Source of the DNA: Bacillota bacterium
GTDB lineage: Bacteria > Bacillota > UBA4882 > UBA8346
Assembly (NCBI GenBank): GCA_023392595.1
Contig: JAEVYU010000065.1
Location: forward strand, 8,344 to 72,343
Direction: 5' to 3'
Length of the DNA: 64,000 nt
Under the pieces are notes generated by a model. That model was not told the origin of the DNA, ran no database searches, and saw nothing but the letters and a program-made list of their open reading frames with translations. Both the position numbers and the translations under genes were made by a program. This document shows positions 8,443-17,936 of this stretch, in pieces (positions within the stretch are counted from its first letter, which is position 1; each line of letters begins with the position of its first letter).

Positions 8443-10056
8443 CTAAACCATCCCCACCACGACTTGGGCAATATTGACGGCATGTCCGTCAATGCGTAGA
8501 AAACTTTCAATCAGCTCCAAGTGTTCGGCGCTGGTGGCAATGGTCTTTTCATTACCGCCCTGCATCCGGTCAAAATGACTGTAACGGAGTTCTTTTTCCA
8601 GGCGCAAAATTCGGGGATGCTCTTTTATCACCCGCATCGCCGCTTTTTGATCATGATCGGCAAAAGCCTTTAAAGCCAAATCCAACCGTTCACGGACTTG
8701 GGCAAACATATTTTCCAATTCTTCAAGCCCCTCCGGGGAAAAAGCAATGCCTTCGATATTGATTTTACGGATATGTTTACCCATGATAATCATAACATCC
8801 CCGATATGTTCCAAGTCATTGGCAACATATAAAATTTCAATGCTTTGCTGCATCAGCTGATCCGAAATCCGGTTATTGCCTAAACTCGTTAAATACCTGC
8901 TGATCTTGCTATATAATTGATCGATGGCCGGTTCCACTTCATCAATGCGATCAACAGCCCTGTCATCGCCAAATTGAAGGGCGGGAATCGTCCTGACGAG
9001 CATCTCTTCCCGCAAAATCCGGGCCATTTCCAAAGTCTGAAGCCGTGCCTGGTTTACGGCCAATTCAGGAATTTCCAAAAGGGTTGGATCCAGGTAAAGC
9101 GCTTCTCCCAGTGTTATTTTGCGGCTGGGCATCAAACGTTCCATCCAACGGGCTATCGCCCCGGTAAATGGCAAAAAGCCGATCACCATGACCAAAGAAA
9201 AAAAGGTGTGGGCATTGGCGATTTCCCGGCTTAAATTACCGGAGCTGATGATCATCCACCCGGTGAGAATCTTGTAAAACGGTAAAAAAATCGCGGCAGC
9301 GATCAACTTAAAGAAAAAATTGGCGACAGCAGCCCGTTTGGCATCAAATCCGGGAGCGCCGATACTGGAAATGATACCGGTTACCGTTCCACCTAAGTGA
9401 GCGCCTATAACAAAGGGAATGACAGAATAGATTCCGATTAAATCATGAGCTGCCAGGGACATCATTAACGCCAAAAAAGCCGGGCTTGATTGCATAACGG
9501 CGGTAATCACAAAAGCGACTAAAAATCCCAATACCGGATAGGAATTTAATTCAATTAAAATATGGGCAATCAGCGGATAATCTTTCACTGGGGCCATGGC
9601 GGAATTCATAACATGCATGCCGTAAAATAGCAGCCCAAATCCGAGCACCGTTTGCCCAATATTGCGCAGCCTCGAATGTTTGGCGAATATATAGAGGATC
9701 ATCCCGATAAACAATAAAAGCAAAGCGAGGTTGGTCGTTTTAAAAGCTATCAATTGGATGGTAATCGAAGTTCCGATAGCGGATCCCAGAAGAATTCCCA
9801 AAGCCTGGGCCAAGTTCATCAATTCCGCGCTGACAAACCCGACTACCATCGCGGATACCGCATTACTGCCCTGGAGGGCAAAAGTGAGCACCGCACCCAT
9901 GAAAACGCCCATCAAGGGATTGCCGGTTAGAGTACGAATCAATTGTTGAATCCGGTGGGCGGCCACTTTTTGCAGGCCTTCGGAACAAAGTTGGATTCCA
10001 TAAATAAAAAGGCCTAAACCACCGGCTAGACCAAATAATGATGGGAATGGATTCAT
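8443..10056 (-). CDS. Na+/phosphate cotransporter family protein (NptA/YjbB type) with a C-terminal PhoU-like domain
   Basis: Polytopic N-terminal half plus a helical C-terminal PhoU-like repeat region (…VANDLEHIGD…). Confidence 0.85.
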   Translation of the reverse strand: MNPFPSLFGLAGGLGLFIYGIQLCSEGLQKVAAHRIQQLIRTLTGNPLMGVFMGAVLTFALQGSNAVSAMVVGFVSAELMNLAQALGILLGSAIGTSITIQLIAFKTTNLALLLLFIGMILYIFAKHSRLRNIGQTVLGFGLLFYGMHVMNSAMAPVKDYPLIAHILIELNSYPVLGFLVAFVITAVMQSSPAFLALMMSLAAHDLIGIYSVIPFVIGAHLGGTVTGIISSIGAPGFDAKRAAVANFFFKLIAAAIFLPFYKILTGWMIISSGNLSREIANAHTFFSLVMVIGFLPFTGAIARWMERLMPSRKITLGEALYLDPTLLEIPELAVNQARLQTLEMARILREEMLVRTIPALQFGDDRAVDRIDEVEPAIDQLYSKISRYLTSLGNNRISDQLMQQSIEILYVANDLEHIGDVMIIMGKHIRKINIEGIAFSPEGLEELENMFAQVRERLDLALKAFADHDQKAAMRVIKEHPRILRLEKELRYSHFDRMQGGNEKTIATSAEHLELIESFLRIDGHAVNIAQVVVGMV

Positions 10057-10065
10057 CGATACTCC

Positions 10066-10731
10066 TTATTTGCTTTTAAAGGGATGCCGTTCCCCGCAGT
10101 CAATAAAAATGACCATTTCTGCAATATTTACAATATGATCGCCCATCCGTTCCAAATATCTGGCGACCAGCAACAAACTACTGGCTTGATCCACATATTC
10201 AGAGCTTTTTTTCATATAAGCGGTTAACTCCTGAAGGAGTGAAATAAACAAACCATCCACCTGATCATCGTCGCTGTCAAGTTGCCGGGCTAAGGAAGAG
10301 TTGCGCTTGGTAAATGCCTCTAAACTTTTGCTCATCATCTGTTGCACCAGCTCCGCCAGATGCGGAATGTCGACCAACGGTTTAAAAAAAGGCGTTTTAG
10401 GCTGTAGATCCAGGGTTAACTCGGCAATATCGCAGGCGTAATCATTGATTCTTTCAAGCTCACGGCTAATTCTCATGGCAGCCGCTAAAAAACGCAAATC
10501 CCGGTCCATCGGTTGTTGCAAAGAGATTAATTCCAGAGAATCCATTTCCAAAGCCTCTTCAAGGGCGTCGACAGCTTCGTCGCCATCAATCACCGCTTTT
10601 GCCTTTGCAATATCCTGACTTACGAAAGAATCCATGGCTTCTTTTAAAGAGACGCCGACTAATTCACTCATCGTTAAAATTCGCCGATGGATTTCAATCA
10701 AGGCTTTATCATATGCGTTGAGATGTTTCAT
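10066..10731 (-). CDS. phoU: Phosphate signalling/transport regulator PhoU
   Basis: Two PhoU repeats (RISRELERINDYACDIAE and ARYLERMGDHIVNIAE). It sits directly upstream of the Na/Pi transporter gene. Confidence 0.85.
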   Translation of the reverse strand: MKHLNAYDKALIEIHRRILTMSELVGVSLKEAMDSFVSQDIAKAKAVIDGDEAVDALEEALEMDSLELISLQQPMDRDLRFLAAAMRISRELERINDYACDIAELTLDLQPKTPFFKPLVDIPHLAELVQQMMSKSLEAFTKRNSSLARQLDSDDDQVDGLFISLLQELTAYMKKSSEYVDQASSLLLVARYLERMGDHIVNIAEMVIFIDCGERHPFKSK

Positions 10732-10782
10732 AGCTTCTCCATGACTTAACTTACTTTCCTTTTACAATCGTACCATCTTTTG

Positions 10783-10804
10783 AAAAATCTGACTACAGAT
10801 TTTT
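10783..10804. promoter_or_regulatory. AT-rich palindrome AAAAATCTG-ACTA-CAGATTTTT about 50 nt upstream of phoU
   Basis: Perfect 9-bp arms. No gene ends here, so an operator role is more likely than a terminator. Confidence 0.35.
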
Positions 10805-11102
10805 AACTCAACTTTCCCAGCTAAAAAATACGCTTGATGTAAGCAATACTATAGGGTTCTAGCCCTCATTCGACGGCTCCAGGGAGCCGAGTTTTCTCCC
10901 GGCATCGGGAGAAACGAAGGTCATGTTGAGAAAACAATAAAAAAACAACCAGCACCAAGCTAAAAACCTGCAATGAAAAACAGTTCGTTTCTCCCTGGGG
11001 AAGAAAGATAAATGAGGACGGACCCAATTATAAATTTCAAACAACAGCGATTCACCCTATGCTAATACTTGGCGGCAAACGAAAAAAAAACCACCAGGAA
11101 GA

Positions 11103-12572
11103 ATGAAAATGAAGAAGAATGTTATAGAAAGTTTCACCAAGCAAGAAGGGGGACTCATTCTGAATTTACACTCTACCAAGAATAGTGGTTTTAGAAAGAT
11201 AGAAACTTATTATTCCTTTTTCATTCGATTCATCATCCTATGTTGTGCCGCTTTCTTCATAGACTGGATAATTATTCCAAGTGCAGTATATGCCGATAAC
11301 GCTCCATCTGAAATGAACAAAATAAAGGTTATGACCCTCAATATGCATAATGGTTATGACGAGAGGCGGCAGAATAATCTTGACAAAGCTTTGGCGTTCT
11401 TCGAAACCGAAAGTCCGGATATCATCATCCTGCAAGAAATCGAGTCCCAAAAACTAAAAGGATTTAAGGCCGCCGGCTATAAAATTGTCACCGGCATGAA
11501 CCACAACCTTTTTCGGTATCATTTTGGAAATGCCATTCTCACCCGCCATAAAATCATTTACCACCGCCATCACTATTTGCCTAGCAGCAAGGAACAGCGC
11601 GGACTTGATGAAGTTGCAATCGATGTAAACGGTGTTCCGGTGATTGTTCTAGGAACTCATTTGGGTCTGGGCCGAGTGGAGCAACGGAATCAATTTCAAG
11701 AAATTGAAAGAATCCTAACCTACCTTCAAGGCCCCGTCATTTTGAGTGGGGATTTTAATGTATCCCCGTCGGATCAACTCTTTGTCAATTTGCAAAAGGA
11801 TTATGAGGAAATCGGCCAAACCGTTCCCGTCGCCGCCAGTTTCCCCACCAGCAATCCCAAAGTACGTTTGGACCAGATTTGGCTGGGCCGTCATTGGCGT
11901 CTATTGAAGGCTCAAACCCTGGATTGGGACCTTTCCGATCACCGGCCGGTGGTAGCCGAATTAGCCGTTGATCCGCCATCCGTACCGGTTATCAAGAAAA
12001 GAATCCCTGAAGTTATCCCGGTGAATAACCCCTTACTGCCGAATGTTGAGGGATCTCTTTCGACCTTAACCTTTTCATTTCCATCAAGTATCGAAAGCTG
12101 CCAAGACAAACTGGGCGCTTCCGTGGATCTACCCTTGGGAAGTCCGTTTCATGTTTCGGCGGAATATGACGGGTCCAACTATACTGCAGCCCTGAATTAT
12201 AAAATGGTTACTTTTGACTTTCGGGATTATATTTCAAAATGGCGAAACATCCGGGGCAAAGGGAAATGGATCGTTTCCCTGGCCCGTGATAACAAGGATC
12301 AAAACTGGATTGCCTGGGAGCAATATTACCGCTGGAATGATAACCAGGGTACCAAAATCATGCTATCCAACAGGAACGACCAAATCAATTGGTGTATTGA
12401 ACAAACCATCCTTACATCCCAAAAATTCGGCTTTCTGATAGGATTTGATACCCATCAGAAAATATTAGGGGGCTTATGCTTTTCTCCCGATCGAAGGAAT
12501 GCTTTTGAGCTCCGGTGGCATCCGGGAGATTCGGACCAAAAATGGCAGTTCCGCTGGAAATATCAAAAATAA
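11103..12572 (+). CDS. Secreted endonuclease/exonuclease/phosphatase (EEP) family protein with an unassigned ~190-aa Trp-rich C-terminal domain
   Basis: Signal-like segment FIILCCAAFFIDWIIIPSAVYA. EEP motifs: LNMHNG, IIILQEIE, GTHLG, SGDFN, LSDHRPV. A Pro-rich linker follows, then a beta-rich tail. The start could be 11103 or 11109. Confidence 0.8.
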   Translation: MKMKKNVIESFTKQEGGLILNLHSTKNSGFRKIETYYSFFIRFIILCCAAFFIDWIIIPSAVYADNAPSEMNKIKVMTLNMHNGYDERRQNNLDKALAFFETESPDIIILQEIESQKLKGFKAAGYKIVTGMNHNLFRYHFGNAILTRHKIIYHRHHYLPSSKEQRGLDEVAIDVNGVPVIVLGTHLGLGRVEQRNQFQEIERILTYLQGPVILSGDFNVSPSDQLFVNLQKDYEEIGQTVPVAASFPTSNPKVRLDQIWLGRHWRLLKAQTLDWDLSDHRPVVAELAVDPPSVPVIKKRIPEVIPVNNPLLPNVEGSLSTLTFSFPSSIESCQDKLGASVDLPLGSPFHVSAEYDGSNYTAALNYKMVTFDFRDYISKWRNIRGKGKWIVSLARDNKDQNWIAWEQYYRWNDNQGTKIMLSNRNDQINWCIEQTILTSQKFGFLIGFDTHQKILGGLCFSPDRRNAFELRWHPGDSDQKWQFRWKYQK

Positions 12573-12578
12573 ACCCAA

Positions 12579-12806
12579 TCATTTAAATAACGCCGCGGCG
12601 GCAAAAAACCCGGCGGCAACCGTTTCCATCCAAAAACTTGGAAAACCGGCAATTTGAATGATTCCTTTAAACATTAGAATTCCACAAATCGCTGTAATGA
12701 GACCAATCCACCAAAGGGTATTCAATTTCATATCTTTAAATTTCATCCTTTCTTTAAACCTTGATCCGGCAAGTTTTAATTGAAGGGATTCACTTGCCGG
12801 ATTCAT
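12579..12806 (-). CDS. Hypothetical small membrane protein (two hydrophobic helices); start uncertain
   Basis: ORF only; no convincing RBS. Confidence 0.3.
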   Translation of the reverse strand: MNPASESLQLKLAGSRFKERMKFKDMKLNTLWWIGLITAICGILMFKGIIQIAGFPSFWMETVAAGFFAAAALFK

Positions 12807-12870
12807 GTTAAAATTTGAATATTACTTCGCCTTTAAAAAATTTTTTTCCTGTATTGCAAGAGATTTTCAT

Positions 12871-12900
12871 AAAAAAAGGCCTCCCCGATTTTGGAAGCCT
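12871..12900 (-). terminator. Rho-independent terminator after the kor operon
   Basis: On the minus strand, AGGCTTCC-loop-GGGAGGCCT is followed by TTTTTTT. Confidence 0.6.
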
Positions 12901-12916
12901 TTTCCAGTAATATACT

Positions 12917-13453
12917 TTAAATCAATTCCATTCCCTTTTCAATGGCTTTTCTGTTGATATCCACCAAATCTTTTTTCTTGCCGGTCAGCACCTTTTCCTG
13001 CAACACTTTCATGACGGTTTCAATATGCACAATCGAAGTGCTTTTTAATATGGCCCCGATGATTACCATGTTGGCCACCCGGTTATTGCCGATTTCCGTT
13101 GCAATTTCATTGGCCGGAACGGCGATAACTTTAATATCGGTCCGTTTGGGTTTCACGTCGATTAACGATGAATTATAAAATAAGATGCCGCCGGATTTGA
13201 TCATTCCTTCAAATCTTTCCAGAGACGGCCGGTTCATCGCCACCACAATGTTGGGTTCCGAAATAACCGGTGATCCGATTAATTCGTCGGATACCACAAC
13301 AGAGCAATTGGCCGTTCCTCCCCGCATTTCAGGGCCGTAGGATGGAACGTACGTGGTATTTTTGCCTTCATACATGCCTGAGTAAGCCAGCAATTGACCC
13401 ATCAACATAACGCCTTGACCGCCAAAACCGGCGAAAATCGATTCGAATAACAT
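12917..13453 (-). CDS. korC: 2-oxoacid:ferredoxin oxidoreductase, gamma subunit
   Basis: MLFESIFAGFGGQGV... is typical of gamma subunits. GGAGGGAG precedes the ATG at 13453. Substrate specificity cannot be read from the sequence. Confidence 0.85.
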   Translation of the reverse strand: MLFESIFAGFGGQGVMLMGQLLAYSGMYEGKNTTYVPSYGPEMRGGTANCSVVVSDELIGSPVISEPNIVVAMNRPSLERFEGMIKSGGILFYNSSLIDVKPKRTDIKVIAVPANEIATEIGNNRVANMVIIGAILKSTSIVHIETVMKVLQEKVLTGKKKDLVDINRKAIEKGMELI

Positions 13454-13455
13454 TT

Positions 13456-14202
13456 TTAGGCTCCCTCCTTCAAATCTCTGACGATCCCCAGGGGGAACCT
13501 CGGAATCATATCGGTTTCCAGCCATTTTAAGGCCTCAACCGGCGTCATTCCCCAGTTGGTCGGACAGGTTGACAATACTTCCACCATTGCAAATCCTTTA
13601 CCTTGGATTTGAGCATCAAAAGCTTTCCGTATCGCCTGTTTTGCCAAATTGACGTTTTTAGGATCATGGGTGCTGACCCGGGCCAAAAACGCCGGTGCTT
13701 CCAAAGTATTCAGCATTTCGGTCATTTTAATCGGATAACCGGTTGTTTCCACATCCCTGCCATAAGGCGAGGTTGTTGTTTTCTGGCCCGGTAAGGTTGT
13801 TGGGGCCATTTGTCCGCCGGTCATTCCATAAATGGCGTTATTCACGAAAATAACGGTAAACTTTTCACCACGATTGGCGGCATGAACGATTTCAGCTGTT
13901 CCAATCGAAGCCAAATCACCATCTCCCTGATAGGTGAAAACGACTTTATCCGGCAACACCCGTTTAATTCCGGTGGCTACCGCAGGCGCGCGGCCATGGG
14001 ATGCCTGTTGACAGTCGCAATTGAAAACATTGTAAGCGGTAACCGCACAACCTACCGGCGCAATCGCAATCGTCTGTTCGCGGACATTTAGTTCATCGAT
14101 TACTTCTGCTACAAGACGGTGAATGATTCCGTGGGTACATCCCGGGCAATAGGAATATACTCTATCTTGCAGCGCTTCTGGCCTTCCGAATACTTTTTCC
14201 AT
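13456..14202 (-). CDS. korB: 2-oxoacid:ferredoxin oxidoreductase, beta (TPP-binding) subunit
   Basis: Cys ligands CPGCTHG and TPP motif [11 protein letters not shown]...[11 protein letters not shown]. The ATG overlaps the korA stop (TAATG). Confidence 0.9.
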   Translation of the reverse strand: MEKVFGRPEALQDRVYSYCPGCTHGIIHRLVAEVIDELNVREQTIAIAPVGCAVTAYNVFNCDCQQASHGRAPAVATGIKRVLPDKVVFTYQGDGDLASIGTAEIVHAANRGEKFTVIFVNNAIYGMTGGQMAPTTLPGQKTTTSPYGRDVETTGYPIKMTEMLNTLEAPAFLARVSTHDPKNVNLAKQAIRKAFDAQIQGKGFAMVEVLSTCPTNWGMTPVEALKWLETDMIPRFPLGIVRDLKEGA

Positions 14203-15272
14203 TAGGCCATCCCTCCTTTGGAGAAACATTTCAGCACCGCATCATAAACCTCAGTGACTGAAGGAATTGTTCCGTTGAGTTTTCCGTAAAAATCAACCGA
14301 TGTTTTTCCATCTACAGCCAGCCTTACATCCTCCACCATTTGGCCGACACTCATTTCAATCACCATAAACCTTTTGCCGGCCTTGGTCAATTCTTGAATC
14401 CTTTGGGTGGGAAATGGCCATAATGAAATCGGCCTGAATAAACCGACCTTTTTCCCTTGGGTTCTTTCCTTGAGCATCACCGTCTTGGCGATTCGGGCGG
14501 AGGTTCCATAAGCGATGATGACCAAATCGGCGTCATCGGTTTGCTCCTCCTGGTAACGAACTTCATTTGAGGAAATTTCCTGATATTTTTGCTGAATCCG
14601 GATATTGATTTTTTCCAAATCTTCCGGAGCAAGTCCTAAGCTGTTAATGATTCGTTGGGGCGTTCCCTTGGTCATTCCCGTTGTTGCCCAAGGCTTTTCC
14701 GGGATTTTTAAATCCTCAACTTCGGATAAAGTTACCGGCTCCATCATCTGGCCCAGAATACCATCCGCCAGTATCATCACCGGATTACGATATTTATCGG
14801 CTGTTACAAATGCTTCATACATCAAATCAATTATTTCCTGAACCGAAGCAGGCGCAAGCACAATCAGATGATAATCGCCATGCCCGCCGCCCTTGGTCGC
14901 CTGAAAATAATCGGCCTGTGAAGGGGTGAGCCCTCCAAGTCCAGGTCCGCCACGGGCCACGTTTACAATTACACAAGGTAATTCAGCTCCGGCAATATAA
15001 GAAATACCTTCTTGCTTTAAACTGATTCCCGGACTGGACGAAGAAGTCATTGCCCTGGCTCCCGCTCCGGCAGCGCCATAGACCATATTAATTGCGCTAA
15101 CTTCACTTTCGGCTTGAATAAATGTGCCGCCTATCTGGGGCAAGCGTTTGGCCATATACTCCGGCACTTCATTTTGAGGAGTAATGGGATATCCAAAAAA
15201 GAAACGACAGCCTGCCCGGATGGCTCCCTCGGCAATGGCTTCATTTCCCTTCATCATGACACGATCTGCCAT
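14202..15272 (-). CDS. korA: 2-oxoacid:ferredoxin oxidoreductase, alpha subunit
   Basis: [29 protein letters not shown]; AAGGAGG lies 9 nt before the ATG at 15272. Confidence 0.9.
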   Translation of the reverse strand: MADRVMMKGNEAIAEGAIRAGCRFFFGYPITPQNEVPEYMAKRLPQIGGTFIQAESEVSAINMVYGAAGAGARAMTSSSSPGISLKQEGISYIAGAELPCVIVNVARGGPGLGGLTPSQADYFQATKGGGHGDYHLIVLAPASVQEIIDLMYEAFVTADKYRNPVMILADGILGQMMEPVTLSEVEDLKIPEKPWATTGMTKGTPQRIINSLGLAPEDLEKINIRIQQKYQEISSNEVRYQEEQTDDADLVIIAYGTSARIAKTVMLKERTQGKKVGLFRPISLWPFPTQRIQELTKAGKRFMVIEMSVGQMVEDVRLAVDGKTSVDFYGKLNGTIPSVTEVYDAVLKCFSKGGMA

Positions 15273-15298
15273 ACTCTGCAACCTCCTTGAATTGGTAT

Positions 15299-15502
15299 TT
15301 ATTTATAAACTTCAATGACTACATCCGGACACATCCGGGCGCAAAAAGCACAACCAATACATTGACTTTGGTCGATAATTTCAGCCGGTTTATATCCCTT
15401 CGAATTAAATCGATCAGCCATTCTTAAGATCTTCTTTGGGCATACACTGGTACAGACCTCACAGCCTTTGCAACGTTCTTCATCGAATTTAACCTGGGCC
15501 AT
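15299..15502 (-). CDS. korD: 2-oxoacid:ferredoxin oxidoreductase, delta (2x[4Fe-4S] ferredoxin) subunit
   Basis: CKGCEVCTSVCP and CIGCAFCARMCP. The D-A-B-C gene order matches oorDABC/korDABC operons. Confidence 0.9.
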   Translation of the reverse strand: MAQVKFDEERCKGCEVCTSVCPKKILRMADRFNSKGYKPAEIIDQSQCIGCAFCARMCPDVVIEVYK

Positions 15503-15587
15503 TCCATTTCCTCCTTTGATTTTAATATCTAAAAAAAGTTATTGACAGGATGAAGACAATTTCCGAATTTATTAGTACCTGATAATA

Positions 15588-15616
15588 ATTATAAACGTTT
15601 CATCGGCTGAATGCAA
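15588..15616 (-). promoter_or_regulatory. Candidate sigma-A promoter for korDABC: TTGCAT, 17-nt spacer, TATAAT (minus strand)
   Basis: The -35 is the complement of 15611-15616 and the -10 the complement of 15588-15593, about 85 nt upstream of korD. Confidence 0.5.
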
Positions 15617-15725
15617 TCACATAAATACAGCAAAATCCAGTTCGATTCATGATTCATAACAGCCGCCGTTATCTTCAGTCGGATATCATTAACTTTCCCC
15701 TAGAAACGCTGCCCTCTCCAAATTA

Positions 15726-16427
15726 TCAGGAACGCCATGGCGGCAGCATCCGTAAAGTTACCGGGAAAACAGGAACATTGGAAAATCGGGAACGATTTTC
15801 GTTAAGAAATTCTTCCTCTACCATATGATAAACAACAGGCAACGCTAAACGTTCCGCAAGTCCATTCACAAACTCAAGTCCGCTCTGCCAAACTTCCATG
15901 GTCGTATCCGGCCCCAAGTTAATATTGGAAATCATTCCGGTAGCCCTCAGACGACTGGTATTTTGGATGGCTGCGATTAAAGCGGCAGATTCGGCGATAT
16001 TGCGGGTATCCGGCCGGTAGGGGTTTACCACAATGAACATATCGTAAGGTTCTTTTACAAAGTACGGATTAAAACGTCCCAAGGCCCTTGCTCCGGCTGG
16101 ATCGCCGCCGACATCAAAAACTACTTGATAGCTATGATCTTGAAGCAAAGAAAAAATCCGCGGCGATAAGGACGGGATATCGGAGTATTCCATACCCGGC
16201 TCTGACGAAACGATGTCCAACCCTTTTCTTTCCAATTCCAAGGCGAGATCCCGCGAACGAAAATAAGGATTTACAATATCCAAATCAATTAAGCCGACTT
16301 TGGTGAAATTTTTGGTTTGGCCTCCAGATGCGGCATTCAAAGCATAAGTAAGCGCAAATTCGGTTTTGCCGCTGCCATAAGCTCCACAAATCACAGTTAA
16401 TCTTTTCATACTCATTCGCATACTCAT
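15726..16427 (-). CDS. Uncharacterized P-loop NTPase (SIMIBI/GPN-loop-like)
   Basis: Walker A CGAYGSGKTE and Walker-B-like VVFDVGGDPAG. GAGGAGA lies 6 nt before the ATG at 16427 (the ORF opens at 16442). Confidence 0.7.
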   Translation of the reverse strand: MSMRMSMKRLTVICGAYGSGKTEFALTYALNAASGGQTKNFTKVGLIDLDIVNPYFRSRDLALELERKGLDIVSSEPGMEYSDIPSLSPRIFSLLQDHSYQVVFDVGGDPAGARALGRFNPYFVKEPYDMFIVVNPYRPDTRNIAESAALIAAIQNTSRLRATGMISNINLGPDTTMEVWQSGLEFVNGLAERLALPVVYHMVEEEFLNENRSRFSNVPVFPVTLRMLPPWRS

Positions 16428-16454
16428 ACTGTATCTCCTCAAGATGTTTACTTT

Positions 16455-17741
16455 TTACGGATAAAGCAACCCCCGAAGGTAACCCACTAAATATAATGAA
16501 CCGCTGGCAATTACAATCTCGGCATCGGAATTTAATAACAACTTTAAAGCTTTTTCAGGTACCGGTTCAATAAGAACCGGTATTCCCAGCGCCTGGAAAC
16601 TACTTGCCAGTTTTTCCGGGGGGGTACTTTTCGGGTCCGGCACCGTGGTTACAATAACACGCTCTGTGATGGGGGCTAATATTTCAGCCATCACATTCCC
16701 GGGGCGATTATTCAAGAGTCCGAACAATAAATGGACTTTTTGTCCCGGGTAGATTGTTTGAATCGTTTTTACCAAAGCGTTGGCTCCATCCGGATTATGC
16801 GCCCCATCCAGGTATAGTTTGGGCAAACCTTTAGCCGCTACACGCTCCATTCGCCCGGGCCAAACCACGTTAGCCAAGCCATTCAATATGGCGTCAACCG
16901 GTAGCTGGATGCCGGCTTCCGCCAAAAATTCCATACCGGCCAGGACATTAAGGCAATTCATCACTTGATGTTCCCCAAGAAGCTTTAAGTTCACCAAAAG
17001 CTCACCAAGATATGGATCTTCCGCTCTAAATCGAGTGAACTCCTCCGAAAAACTCAAATCCCGGAAGGTAATTCTTCGAACCTCTTTATACGACGCCTTG
17101 CGTTCCAAAGCAATATGGGTCAAAAATTTTTCGATTGCAGGCTCCTGGATTCCAATCACTACCGGGATACTGGGCTTAATAATTCCGGCTTTTTCAAAAG
17201 CGATCTTCTCTAAAGTGTCCCCTAAAAATTCTTGATGATCCAGGGCAATATGGGTAATCACCGTCAAAATCGGCTGCAAAACATTGGTGGCATCAAATCT
17301 GCCGCCCATTCCCACTTCGATAATGGCGATGTCCACATTTTGACGGGCGAAATATTCAAAAGCAATTACGGTCCCCACTTCAAACTCGGTCGGATTACCG
17401 AATCCATCTCTTTCTACCTCTTGCAGGACAGGGGCCATTTGGGTTACGATTTCTGCCAACTCTTTTTCAGAAATCAAGTGATCATTGACCCGAAAACGTT
17501 CCCGGTAAGTAACAAGATGAGGCGAAGTATAACATCCTGTCTGGTATCCTGTTTGTTGCAATACTGCATTTATCATGGCAACTGTGGAGCCTTTACCGTT
17601 GGTCCCGGCAATGTGGATGGAACGAAATTTTTGATGGGGATTATTAAGTCTCCGTAAGATTTCGGTTATTCGCTCTAAACCCAATTTAATTCCGTGTTTG
17701 GTACATTCCTTAATATATTGGATTGATTCTTCATAATTCAT
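16455..17741 (-). CDS. folC: Folylpolyglutamate synthase / dihydrofolate synthase
   Basis: MNYEESIQYI..., P-loop IAGTNGKGST and DGAHNPDGA. The RBS favours the ATG at 17741. Confidence 0.9.
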   Translation of the reverse strand: MNYEESIQYIKECTKHGIKLGLERITEILRRLNNPHQKFRSIHIAGTNGKGSTVAMINAVLQQTGYQTGCYTSPHLVTYRERFRVNDHLISEKELAEIVTQMAPVLQEVERDGFGNPTEFEVGTVIAFEYFARQNVDIAIIEVGMGGRFDATNVLQPILTVITHIALDHQEFLGDTLEKIAFEKAGIIKPSIPVVIGIQEPAIEKFLTHIALERKASYKEVRRITFRDLSFSEEFTRFRAEDPYLGELLVNLKLLGEHQVMNCLNVLAGMEFLAEAGIQLPVDAILNGLANVVWPGRMERVAAKGLPKLYLDGAHNPDGANALVKTIQTIYPGQKVHLLFGLLNNRPGNVMAEILAPITERVIVTTVPDPKSTPPEKLASSFQALGIPVLIEPVPEKALKLLLNSDAEIVIASGSLYLVGYLRGLLYP

Positions 17742-17936
17742 AAGCTGCCTCATTAAAAACAATATTGAAAGCTTTTTTCAATGAAAATCGAGTGGTATAA
17801 TAATACCATTATTGTAGCACAAGATCGATCGAGAACCTACATGTCTGACAATATTTTTTAGTCAATCGTAACAATTCTGATCATTATTTCTGTTATGATG
17901 ATTGGATATCATATACTCATGAGAGAAGGACTTAAA

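Noticed and set aside
10859-11044. 61-aa minus-strand ORF in the phoU/EEP intergenic region
   Set aside because: It has no RBS and an odd Cys/Trp/Phe-rich composition. It coincides with the stem-forming segments described in the findings, so it is more likely non-coding.
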